DNA of 64,000 nt from the NCBI GenBank assembly GCA_000996245.1, contig LBYP01000004.1, forward strand, positions 10,860-74,859, in the 5' to 3' direction. The stretch comes from Parcubacteria group bacterium GW2011_GWA2_40_23 (GTDB lineage Bacteria > Patescibacteriota > Patescibacteriia > UBA11705 > JABHMO01). Shown here piece after piece: positions 36,450 to 45,810 of this stretch. Position 1 is the first letter of the stretch; each line of letters begins with the position of its first letter. A model generated the notes under the pieces. It did no database searches. It had not been told where the DNA came from and saw only the letters and a list, made by a program, of their open reading frames with translations. The position numbers were made by a program, and so were the translations under genes.

Positions 36450-38375
36450 ATGATAGAAAAGTCAAAAATTTTAATTAAGTGGCACAAGATAATTTCAATT
36501 GTGATTGTTTTGATTGTCCTTGTCTCTGGTTATTATCTGTATAAACATTTTTCGACTGCTTCAGTCGAGACGAGATATCAATTTGCTACAGTTGAAAAAG
36601 GAACTATCATTAAAACCATTTCCGGTAGCGGTCAGGTTGTGGCCACAAATCAAGTAGACATAAAACCAAAAGCATCTGGTGAAGTCATTCGAGTCGCAGT
36701 AAAAAAAGGTCAGGAAGTTAAGGCTGGTGCTATCTTGGTCCAATTAGACGCAGGGGATGCCTGGCGAACCGTGCGTGATGCTCAGCTTAGTCTTAAGAGT
36801 GCTCAATTGGCGTATGATGAAGTTAAAAATGGTGCGACCGAAGCAGAATTAACACAATCAGAAAATTCGTTGACAGCCGCAAAAACAACAGTCGAGAAAT
36901 TAAAACTTTCTCAACAAAACGGTTATCAAGATGCTCTTGAAGCTGAGCAAAAGCTCAGGGACAGTGTAACAAAGTCATATGAAGACATGTTTAATTCCAT
37001 CACTGATGCATTTTTAGATTTCCCAGACGTGATTTCTGGCTTGAATGAAGTTTTATACAGTAAGGGGATTGCCAGTTCCGAGGGTTCAATTGACGCTGGG
37101 ACTTTAAATACAGATGCTCTTATTAATACGATCACAAAGGACACAGATAAGGGCGGTATTGTTAGTTCCCAAATTCTGGCTGAAAATAACTATGATCAAA
37201 CACGACCTTATTTTGACTCAGCCTTTATTGATTATCGAAGCATTACACGTTATTCTGATCAAACAACATTAAAAACATTCTTGGATAGAACGATTGAATT
37301 AACAAGAAAATTATTTGAAACAGCTAAGAGTGAAAGCAATTTTATTGATTCTTGGGTTGATTTGAGAACTCAGGAGGATCAACAGATTTTTTCGAAAGTG
37401 ACATCATATCAAAGTGACTTAAGTGGCTACTTAAGTACAATCAACAGCGACTTATCTAGTCTATTAGCTGTAAAAAGTACTTTAGATACAAATATTTCTT
37501 TATTGGCACAAAAGCAACGAGATATTGAAACGTCAATAAAAAATAATCCCTTGGATTTAGCTGCGGCGGAAGCGTCTTTGAAAGAAAAACAAATCGCTTA
37601 CAATGAGTTAAAGGCAGGAGCAACGGAAAGTGATCTTCTATCTCAGGAAATATCTTTAGGGCAACGACGGAACTCTTTATATGATGCGCAAGAAACTTAT
37701 GCAGATTATACTGTTCGAGCACCTTTTGATGGTGTGGTCGCGGTCTGCGATTTGGTGAAAGGGGATATGGCTTCTTCTGGAACTGCGGCCGTTACTCTTA
37801 TGACAAAACAACAAACTGCAGTAATTTCCTTAAATGAAGTTGATGTGGCTCAAGTCGCTGTGGGGCAAAAATCAAATATTACTTTTGATGCTTTACCCGA
37901 CTTAAATATTACAGGACAAGTTGCGGAGCTTGATTCTTTAGGGACGACTTCGCAGGGTGTTGTCTCGTATGAAGTTAAAATATTATTTGATGTTCAAGAT
38001 GAACGTATTAAACCCGGCATGAGTGTTTCTGTAACTATTACGACCGATTTGAAACAAGATATCTTGCTTGTACCAAACGCAGCCATCAAATCTTCTGGTG
38101 ATACTAATTATGTCGAAACGCCAGCACAAAAACTAACAGATGAGAATGCTTTTTCTTCCACTGGCATCATTTTGTCAGATACATTGAATCAACAGAATGT
38201 CGAGGTTGGGATTTCTAATGACTCGGATACAGAAATTGTTTCTGGATTAAAAGAGGGTGATCAAGTTCTTATTAAAACAATCAACGCAACAAGTACAACA
38301 ACGCAAACCAAGAGTATATTGCAGGCTGCAACAGGCAGTCGAAGCGGTCTTGGAGTCGGCATGCGCCCAGATTAA
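36450..38375 (+). CDS. Efflux membrane-fusion (MacA/YknX-like) adaptor with long helical insert
   Basis: VKKGQEVKAG, VRAPFDGVV, IKPGMSV, VEVGISND. Confidence 0.88.
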   Translation: MIEKSKILIKWHKIISIVIVLIVLVSGYYLYKHFSTASVETRYQFATVEKGTIIKTISGSGQVVATNQVDIKPKASGEVIRVAVKKGQEVKAGAILVQLDAGDAWRTVRDAQLSLKSAQLAYDEVKNGATEAELTQSENSLTAAKTTVEKLKLSQQNGYQDALEAEQKLRDSVTKSYEDMFNSITDAFLDFPDVISGLNEVLYSKGIASSEGSIDAGTLNTDALINTITKDTDKGGIVSSQILAENNYDQTRPYFDSAFIDYRSITRYSDQTTLKTFLDRTIELTRKLFETAKSESNFIDSWVDLRTQEDQQIFSKVTSYQSDLSGYLSTINSDLSSLLAVKSTLDTNISLLAQKQRDIETSIKNNPLDLAAAEASLKEKQIAYNELKAGATESDLLSQEISLGQRRNSLYDAQETYADYTVRAPFDGVVAVCDLVKGDMASSGTAAVTLMTKQQTAVISLNEVDVAQVAVGQKSNITFDALPDLNITGQVAELDSLGTTSQGVVSYEVKILFDVQDERIKPGMSVSVTITTDLKQDILLVPNAAIKSSGDTNYVETPAQKLTDENAFSSTGIILSDTLNQQNVEVGISNDSDTEIVSGLKEGDQVLIKTINATSTTTQTKSILQAATGSRSGLGVGMRPD

Positions 38376-38378
38376 AAT

Positions 38379-39059
38379 ATGATTGAATGTCAAAACATAA
38401 CAAAGGTTTATAAAACAGGTGATCAAGAAGTTGAAGTCTTGAAGGGTTTATCTTTCAAAATTCAAGACGGTGAGTTTGTGGCTATTATTGGGCCATCGGG
38501 CTCTGGGAAATCAACCTTGATGCATATACTTGGAGCGCTTGATACACCTACCGCCGGGAAATACATAATCGATGGCGAAGACGTGTCAAAACTTGATGAT
38601 GATGAATTGGCCACAATACGCCAAACTAGAATTGGTTTTGTTTTCCAATCATTTAATTTGTTATCGAGGTCAACGGTATTGCGCAATGTAATGTTGCCAC
38701 TAGTTTATGCCAATGTGCCTCGTGCACAGCGGGAACAGAAAGCGCACACAGTTTTAACTAATGTCGGGCTTGAGTCAGATCTATTCTTACATCTTTCTAA
38801 TCAACTCTCCGGCGGCCAAATGCAACGAGTGGCTATTGCTAGAGCTTTAATTAATGATCCAGTTTTAATTTTAGCTGATGAACCGACTGGTAATTTAGAC
38901 ACAAAAACAGGCGCACTAGTCCTAGAGATATTTAAAAAGTTAAATCGAGAAAAGAATAGAACTATTGTTTTAATTACCCATGACCATGATGTCGCTCAAG
39001 CGGCTGATCGAATCATTTCTATTAAAGATGGTGTTATTGTCTCGGACAGTACAAAATAA
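38379..39059 (+). CDS. ABC transporter ATPase (MacB/LolD-like)
   Basis: GPSGSGKST, LSGGQMQRVAIARAL, ADEPTGNLD. Confidence 0.93.
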   Translation: MIECQNITKVYKTGDQEVEVLKGLSFKIQDGEFVAIIGPSGSGKSTLMHILGALDTPTAGKYIIDGEDVSKLDDDELATIRQTRIGFVFQSFNLLSRSTVLRNVMLPLVYANVPRAQREQKAHTVLTNVGLESDLFLHLSNQLSGGQMQRVAIARALINDPVLILADEPTGNLDTKTGALVLEIFKKLNREKNRTIVLITHDHDVAQAADRIISIKDGVIVSDSTK

Positions 39060-39065
39060 GTTTAT

Positions 39066-40289
39066 ATGCTAAAAAGGGATCTTGTTGAAGAAACATACCT
39101 GGCTCTAATTGCAAATAAAGTGCGTTCTTTTTTGACTGTCTTGGGAATTGTTATTGGAATTGGTTCCGTAATTGCCATGATTGCTATCGGTCAAGGGTCT
39201 CAATCGTCGATTCAATCAAATATTCAGTCACTCGGTTCAAATTTGATTATGGTGACGCCTGGGGCTCCTCGTGGAGTTGGAACTCAAGTAAGCCAGGGGC
39301 GTGGCAGTGCAACTACTTTGGTCATGAAAGATATTTCAGCTATTAAAGCGGAAAGTCAGCAATATGCCGCAATAGCACCAGAATTATCTAGTCGATATCA
39401 AGTAACTGCTAAAGGGACGAATACAAACACCTCTATTGTTGGTGTTACCTCAGATTATCCTGAAGTCAAAAATATTCAGGTTGCTTCTGGTGTTTTTATT
39501 TCCGATAAAAATAATTCTAATAGAGCCAAGGTAGCTGTCGTCGGTCCAACTGTTGTAACTGATTTGTTTGGTGACGGTGTTGATCCAGTAGGGCAAACTA
39601 TTCGGATAAAAAGCATTAGTTTTCAAATTGTGGGAGTAACATTGGCTAAGGGTGGTTCTGGGTTTGGAAGCCAGGATGATATGATTTTTATTCCACTGAC
39701 CACGGCACAACAATATTTGGCTGGGAGTGATCGTTTGAGTACGCTCAGTATTCAAGCGATTGATGCCAATGGAATGTCTGAGTTACAAACAGAGATCACA
39801 GACATTTTATTAAAAAGTCATAATATTTCTGATCCACAAGCAGCTGATTTCCAGGTCTTGAATCAAGCTGATATTGTGAGTGCTGCTTCTTCTGTGACAC
39901 AAACATTTACTATGCTTTTGGGTTCAGTAGCTGCGATTTCACTTTTAGTTGGTGGTATTGGCATTATGAATATGATGCTTACGAATGTGACGGAACGAAC
40001 AAAAGAGATTGGTTTACGCAAAGCGATCGGGGCCACTCGAGCAGAAATTAGTTCACAATTTTTAATTGAAGCAGCCATGCTAACATTTTTGGGTGGGATA
40101 TTTGGAGTTATCCTGGGCTGGTTAGTGGCACTCTTGGTTCAGAAGTTCGGCGGCATAACAACAGAGATTACAACTTCATCCGTATTATTAGCTTTTGGTG
40201 TTTCAGCTGCTATTGGAATTGTTTTTGGATATTATCCAGCACTACGAGCATCAAAGTTAAATCCAATTGAAGCTTTGCGTCACGAATAA
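39066..40289 (+). CDS. ABC transporter permease (MacB/FtsX-like)
   Basis: RSFLTVLGIVIG, GIGIMNMML..VTERTKEIGLRKAIGA. Confidence 0.93.
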   Translation: MLKRDLVEETYLALIANKVRSFLTVLGIVIGIGSVIAMIAIGQGSQSSIQSNIQSLGSNLIMVTPGAPRGVGTQVSQGRGSATTLVMKDISAIKAESQQYAAIAPELSSRYQVTAKGTNTNTSIVGVTSDYPEVKNIQVASGVFISDKNNSNRAKVAVVGPTVVTDLFGDGVDPVGQTIRIKSISFQIVGVTLAKGGSGFGSQDDMIFIPLTTAQQYLAGSDRLSTLSIQAIDANGMSELQTEITDILLKSHNISDPQAADFQVLNQADIVSAASSVTQTFTMLLGSVAAISLLVGGIGIMNMMLTNVTERTKEIGLRKAIGATRAEISSQFLIEAAMLTFLGGIFGVILGWLVALLVQKFGGITTEITTSSVLLAFGVSAAIGIVFGYYPALRASKLNPIEALRHE

Positions 40290-40310
40290 TTAAATTAATA
40301 AATAAAATTT

Positions 40311-40772
40311 ATGGACAAAAAAACTATTATTAAGCATGTTGTTGGTGTAATTATAATCGTTGGAATTTCATTTGCAGGAGGTTTGTTTGGTGCGAAACTA
40401 ATGCAAAAGGGGAATAATAAAAATCAAGCTGCGTTTTTCAAGACGGGAAACTGGCAGGGTGGCGCTCCTGACGGTCAAAAAGGTGGTATGCGTAATCTTG
40501 GGGGTGGCCTCGCAAACGGTGAAGTCATATCTAAAGATGCACAAAGTGTTACTATAAAAATGCGAGATGGCGGCTCAAAAAACGTTTTATTTTCAACTTC
40601 AACCAAGATATTAAAATCAACGGCAGGCATCATCGATGATCTTAAGGTAGGGGATACTGTAATGGTTGTTGGAAAAACGAATACTGATGGAAGTGTGAAT
40701 GCGGAAAGTATCCAAATTCAGTCTGCAGAATTAGCTCTAATTTCACCTGTAAAACTAGAACAAAAACAATAA
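40311..40772 (+). CDS. DUF5666-like exported protein
   Basis: TM helix; GEVISKD...DLKVGDTVMVVG..N.DGSVNAESIQI; resembles 35941. Confidence 0.65.
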   Translation: MDKKTIIKHVVGVIIIVGISFAGGLFGAKLMQKGNNKNQAAFFKTGNWQGGAPDGQKGGMRNLGGGLANGEVISKDAQSVTIKMRDGGSKNVLFSTSTKILKSTAGIIDDLKVGDTVMVVGKTNTDGSVNAESIQIQSAELALISPVKLEQKQ

Positions 40773-40832
40773 TTTTAGAGCATTTTGGGTCTTTCATAGA
40801 AGTCTGAGTTTCACCTAAATTTACACCTTATA

Positions 40833-40861
40833 TTGACATTTCGCAGGATCTTTGCTATAAT
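40833..40861 (+). promoter_or_regulatory. Sigma70-type promoter
   Basis: TTGACA-N17-TATAAT with TG extension. Confidence 0.75.
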
Positions 40862-40986
40862 GTATATGTTTGTAAGGTGCTCAAAGAGTTTCCAAGTCCA
40901 AAGATCATTTAGTCTTTTGTGCGGAAAGTTATTTGAGGTAAAGTGTCGACCTTCAACATTTTATTAAAAAGACTAAGAAATGTACT

Positions 40987-41244
40987 ATGGCAAAGAAACT
41001 ATTTGTAGGAAGTATTTCCTTCAATACAACTGATGAAAGCTTGCGCGCTTTTTTCGAGCAAGTTGGAACAGTTGAAACAGCTACTATCATCAAAGATAGA
41101 ATGACTGGTCGTTCAAAAGGCTTTGGCTTCGTTGAAATGTCAAATGACGATGAAGCTACAGCTGCTGTTGCTCAACTTAATGGCAAAGAATTAGACGGTA
41201 GAGCAATCGTAGTTAATGAAGCACGTCCTCGCGAAGACAAATAA
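40987..41244 (+). CDS. RRM RNA-binding protein
   Basis: RNP2 LFVGSI, RNP1 KGFGFVEM, VVNEARPRE. Confidence 0.94.
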   Translation: MAKKLFVGSISFNTTDESLRAFFEQVGTVETATIIKDRMTGRSKGFGFVEMSNDDEATAAVAQLNGKELDGRAIVVNEARPREDK

Positions 41245-41255
41245 TCTCTTCCGAT

Positions 41256-41286
41256 AAAAAAAATTCCCCGTAAGGGGAATTTTTTT
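41256..41286. terminator. Bidirectional intrinsic terminator
   Basis: A7-TTCCCC-GTAA-GGGGAA-T7 between convergent genes. Confidence 0.8.
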
Positions 41287-41296
41287 ATTGATTTAT

Positions 41297-42199
41297 TTAG
41301 AAGTATAATCCTCCAGCATGACGCATATCCTCTTGAAATTGCGCTTGTCTTTCGCGATAACTAGCTAAAGCTGAGCTAGCACCTTTGCCAGTACCCATAT
41401 AATGTTTATCGTACATGGGTTCAGCCGCCTTTTTGGCTGTTTTTACCCTGGCTGCAGCCTCTTTTTGCTCCTTAGTCTTGAAGCCGAACAAATAACGCGC
41501 ACCCTTTAAGAAACCAGCTCGTTGTGCTTCAAGCGCCAATTCTGCTTCATCTAACTCTTTATAAGCAGCTCGGGCTTCGGCGAAGCCAGCTTCTCTTTCT
41601 TTTTGTTTGGCAATGTCAGCGTCTTCAACTGCCACTTTAGCATCGAATTCCTCCATGTTAAGTTGATGTTCTGCAAAGCTTATTTGTAAAGTTTCAATAA
41701 TGTTTTTTTGAATTATGATACTGCCAGCGATGTCATATTTTTTATTGATCGCTTTTAAAAGATCAGCTGTTGTTGAACCAGGGACGTTTGGCACAATGTC
41801 TAATTTAGAAGTAAGCTCATTTAATCTAGAATATTCTGTTTTAAGACGTTCAGCTATTGAAACCTGAGCTGTTGCTTCCATCCAGGCCAAGTAACGAGCA
41901 CTTTCTTTATCCCATTTTGCAGAATCCATTTTTCCTTCTGCTGTTAATGTGCGGAAGTACTTATTGGTAGCTTCAAATCTTTTCACTGCGTCTTTGGCTG
42001 CTTCATCAGATTTCACTAACCAGAATTTTGAGTCACGCATTGTCAATTCAGCTTCAGCATCAGTAACTTCTTTTTCTCCTTTGATGACAGACAGTTCTGG
42101 GGTTTCCGGTTCAGAACGTCTGGTTTCTAGTACTTCTTTTGGTGCTGCTTCGGGAGTTGCTTCCTGTGGTGCAGCATCTTTGTTTGTAAACCATCCTAT
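41297..42199 (-). CDS. Helical hypothetical protein, paralog B (ATA at expected start)
   Basis: Frame open upstream of track ORF 42046 to ATA at 42197-42199; similar to paralog A. Confidence 0.65.
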   Translation of the reverse strand: MGWFTNKDAAPQEATPEAAPKEVLETRRSEPETPELSVIKGEKEVTDAEAELTMRDSKFWLVKSDEAAKDAVKRFEATNKYFRTLTAEGKMDSAKWDKESARYLAWMEATAQVSIAERLKTEYSRLNELTSKLDIVPNVPGSTTADLLKAINKKYDIAGSIIIQKNIIETLQISFAEHQLNMEEFDAKVAVEDADIAKQKEREAGFAEARAAYKELDEAELALEAQRAGFLKGARYLFGFKTKEQKEAAARVKTAKKAAEPMYDKHYMGTGKGASSALASYRERQAQFQEDMRHAGGLYF

Positions 42200-42351
42200 A
42201 GTGTTTAAGTTAATTATAATTATTTAATACGCTATAAGTATACCATAGAGAAACTATTTACATCAAGAACATTCTCTAATTTTAGTGACAAAAGGGGCTG
42301 TTCAAGTTAAAAAAATAACCCCGCATTTTGCGAGGTTATTTTTTATACATA

Positions 42352-43323
42352 TTATTGCATTTTTGGTGAAAGAGCTTCCATTGTACCAGGTAATCTGCGA
42401 GTAAAGGATTTGCTGTTTGTTGCAGAAGATCCTGCTAATCCAGATTTCTGCATTCGGGCATCAATTTCTTTAACGGCTGCTTCTGCTTCAGCTAATTCTT
42501 TTTCAGCGGCGTTTACAGAAACATTAGCGCCACGCATGAAGAAACCACCAAGCTTTTTTAAGAAACCACCTTTAAGTTCCTTAATTTTATCTTCTGCTTG
42601 GACTAAACGATCATAGGCCTTGGTAGCAATGTTATAAAGATTCTGTTCTTTACCGCCCATGCGACCGTCCATTTCTGCTTCAAGAGCAGCAATATCAAGG
42701 TTTGTTTCGTTGTAGGCTTGTTCAAGACTATCTACGCAAGCTTTTTCAAAAGCGACTAATTCTCGAGCCTTAGCAATGCCAGTCTGATATTCTTTAAGTG
42801 CTTTTTCATAGCTAGCATTTGCTTCAAGATTAGCTTCTCGTTTAGCGAATGATTCGCCGGAGCTTGCAAGTACTTTTTCAGCACCTGCAGGTAATGGCAT
42901 TGGAGGTGGTACAGATAAAACTTCGTCCAATGCAGCGACGGCTGAATCATAAGCTCTAGAATGTGCCACTAACAATTCGCATCTTGGAATCTGGCTGCAA
43001 CCTGCTTCCCAAGCTTTCTTTTGTGCACTTTCGGCCCATGTGCCGCTACCTTTTGATTCTTTTTGTTGTCTAAAATATTTATTAGAACGATCAAATAAAG
43101 AGCTAGCTTTTTTCTCAGCTGCAGTTGCTAATTCTGCCCATTTTAATCCAGCAGAAACTGGTTTAACTTCAGCTTTTTTTCCTTCTTTAGCTACTTTTAG
43201 TTCAGGTTTTGTAGGTTCATCACGTCTAGTTTCAAGAATTTAAGCTTCTGGAGCTGCTTCTGGAGCTTCTGACTTTTTTGCGGCAGAACCGCCAAACCAC
43301 TTGTCGAAATTACCAAATACCAT
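42352..43323 (-). pseudogene. Helical hypothetical protein, paralog A (in-frame TAA at codon 28)
   Basis: ATG 43323 is in frame with ORF 42352-42975; a single TAA at 43240-43242. Confidence 0.7.
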
Positions 43324-43466
43324 AGTTTTTAAGTTAATTTAATTTTTTATGATAAATTATTTAATACAAATTAATTATAGCATACTTCCTAGCTTTTGTC
43401 AACCTTTTGGCTAAATTTAGTAGAAATTTTGATATTTTTTAATTTCTCGCTATAATAGAGCTAAAT

Positions 43467-44621
43467 ATGAATACTATTTTTAATGCCATTATTGTGCATT
43501 TTGATGAAATTGGTCTTAAAGGCAAGAACCAAAAATTTTTTGTGCGTAGATTGGTGGAAAATGTCAGCCAGAAGCTTAAAACTGATGTTAAAATCGGAGC
43601 CAAGAAATTGGTCGTGTCCTGGCCAAAAAACAAATCGTGGGATCAGATTGCTAGTCTCTTAAATATTATACCAGGAATTGCTTTTTTTGCGCCAGCCACA
43701 ATCTGTGCATCAAAGCTAGAAGATATTAAAATAAATTCCAAAAAAGTAATTGAATTTTATAAGCCACAATCGTTTAGGTTTACCGCGCGACGAGCGGACA
43801 AAAGCTTTGAAATGGATTCATTAGAGCTTAGCCGAGAATTGGGATCAGTTGTACTGGATGCTTTTCCGGATCTCAAGGTGAATTTAAAAACTGCAGATAT
43901 AGATGTCCGCGTTGAAGTCGACAAAGAGAGCACAGCCATCTTAGGGCAACAAGAACAGGGAATTGGTGGTTTACCAGTCGGTACCACTGGAGAAGTTCTT
44001 TGTTTGTTGTCAGGAGGCTTTGATAGTCCAGTCGCTGCTTATTTAATGATGAAGCGCGGAGCACATGTTAATTTTATTCATTTTCAAAATCAAACAATTA
44101 ATAAAAGTGGAGTTGAAGATAAAATAAAAGATTTAGTAAAAATACTTTCTCTTGTTCAGGGCGAATCGAAATTACTTATTGTCCCTTTCGCTGATTTACA
44201 AAAAGAGGTTATTAAAAGTGTTGATTCCAAAGTGAGGATGATCGTTTACCGTCGTTTAATGTATAAAATTGCAGAGAGAGTTGCGAAACAAAACAAAGCT
44301 TTAGCTTTAGTTACTGGCGATAGTTTAGGTCAGGTTGCTTCGCAAACTCTCGAGAATATGAGTGTTATTGCGTCAGCGACTTCAATGCTAAAGTTGGCGC
44401 CACTTTCAGGAACTAATAAAATAGAAATAATAAATCTGGCTCAAAAGATTGGCACCTATGACATTTCAGTCCGTCCGTATGGAGATTGCTGCAACTTGTT
44501 GGTCGCTCTACACCCTGAAACCAGTGCACGAATCCAAGACATTGAACGAGCGGAGTCAAAGATTGATTTTCAACCATTAATTGAATCAGCCATAAATAAA
44601 ATTCAAACATTTACTTTTTAA
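43467..44621 (+). CDS. thiI: tRNA 4-thiouridine synthase
   Basis: EIGLKGKN, THUMP domain, LLSGGFDSPVA, TGDSLGQVASQTL, DCC. Confidence 0.94.
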   Translation: MNTIFNAIIVHFDEIGLKGKNQKFFVRRLVENVSQKLKTDVKIGAKKLVVSWPKNKSWDQIASLLNIIPGIAFFAPATICASKLEDIKINSKKVIEFYKPQSFRFTARRADKSFEMDSLELSRELGSVVLDAFPDLKVNLKTADIDVRVEVDKESTAILGQQEQGIGGLPVGTTGEVLCLLSGGFDSPVAAYLMMKRGAHVNFIHFQNQTINKSGVEDKIKDLVKILSLVQGESKLLIVPFADLQKEVIKSVDSKVRMIVYRRLMYKIAERVAKQNKALALVTGDSLGQVASQTLENMSVIASATSMLKLAPLSGTNKIEIINLAQKIGTYDISVRPYGDCCNLLVALHPETSARIQDIERAESKIDFQPLIESAINKIQTFTF

Positions 44622-44623
44622 TT

Positions 44624-45127
44624 ATGAAACTACTAAAAACAATCAGGGATAATGATTTCGGACTCGAAGAAAAAAGTGAGAAGCTTCAATTAAGAGAAGC
44701 CTCTCGTGCTATTGTTATTAATGATAAGAATGAATTAGCCATATTGTATGTTTCAAAAAAGGATTTTTATAAAATCCCAGGCGGTGGGATTGAAACGGGT
44801 TAAGATAAAATTACAGCATTAAGGCGTGAAGTATTAGAAGAGGCTGGGTGCGAAATTGAGATTATTGAAGAATTGGGTGAAATTATAGAATACCGAACGC
44901 ATTTTCGTGTTTTGCAAAAATCATATTGTTATTTGGCACGTGTTGTGGGTACTATTGGAAAACCAAATTTCGATGAGGGGGAACTGGCAGATGGGTTTGA
45001 GGTTCGATGGATGAGTTTGGTTCAAGCAGAAGAGTGTATCCGTTCGGTGGCTACTAATGATTATTTGGGGCGTTTTGTAACAGATAGGGAATTGACGATT
45101 TTAGAAGAAGCAAAGAAATATTTATAA
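44624..45127 (+). pseudogene. NUDIX hydrolase with nonsense codon in the Nudix box
   Basis: ATG 44624 ...PGGGIETG*DKITALRREVLEEAG; TAA at 44801-44803. Confidence 0.85.
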
Positions 45128-45345
45128 AACATAAATGGGATTGATTCCCATTTTTTGTTTAAGGGCAGGGGAGTAAAAAAGGGGGGAAAGGGGTAAGTAT
45201 TAAGGGGTTTTGCTTAACCCTTATCCCATAATCCTTATCCCTAATCACTTGCTTAATTATTATGGGGCTGTGGATAACTTTTGCATTACTCTCCTATCAG
45301 GAATATAATTTAAATAGGAATTATTCTTAATTGTATTTATGTAAA

Positions 45346-45747
45346 ATGGCTGCAGAAAAACTTGTTCCAATTCGTAATACCAATCAGCGTCAACTGATTT
45401 TTGAATATTTAGAACACACACTCACCCACCCCACGGCTGAACAAATTTTTCAGAATATGCGCCAAGAACTTCCGCGGATCAGTTTTGGGACGGTTTATCG
45501 TAACTTAGACATTCTCGAGAAACAGGGTTTGATTTCAACTGTAATTTATTCTAAGGAACACGTTCGTTATCAGGTCGGGTCGATGAATCATTCTCATTTT
45601 GTTTGTTCTAATTGCGATAAGGTTAAAAATGTTGTTATTGATGATTTAACTGACTTAAACAATCAAGTTTCCCGTCGTCATAAAGTAATGGTGCAAAAGT
45701 ATAATTTAATTTTTTACGGACAATGCGCGAATTGTCAAAAAATGTAA
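45346..45747 (+). CDS. Fur/PerR-family regulator
   Basis: HPTAE, TVYRNL, HSHFVCSNC, C-terminal CANC. Confidence 0.9.
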   Translation: MAAEKLVPIRNTNQRQLIFEYLEHTLTHPTAEQIFQNMRQELPRISFGTVYRNLDILEKQGLISTVIYSKEHVRYQVGSMNHSHFVCSNCDKVKNVVIDDLTDLNNQVSRRHKVMVQKYNLIFYGQCANCQKM

Positions 45748-45751
45748 AAAG

Positions 45752-45793
45752 GTAGGGACAAAAATTTTTGTTCCCTACCTTTTTTGTCCCTAC
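45752..45793. repeat. GTAG-type REP-like palindrome (copy 1, plus extra half)
   Basis: GTAGGGACAAAAATTTTTGTTCCCTAC followed by TTTTTGTCCCTAC. Confidence 0.8.
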
Positions 45794-45810
45794 GTTTTTT
45801 TGATGGTTGT

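Noticed and set aside
32179-43323. Integrative island at tRNA-Gln
   Set aside because: Accessory-looking genes follow the tRNA, but no integrase or duplicated tRNA 3' end was seen
43240-44803. Stop-codon reassignment (TAA read as Glu)
   Set aside because: TAA terminates many core genes here (rplK, nusG, rpsB, tsf, pheS); two cases fit point mutation better
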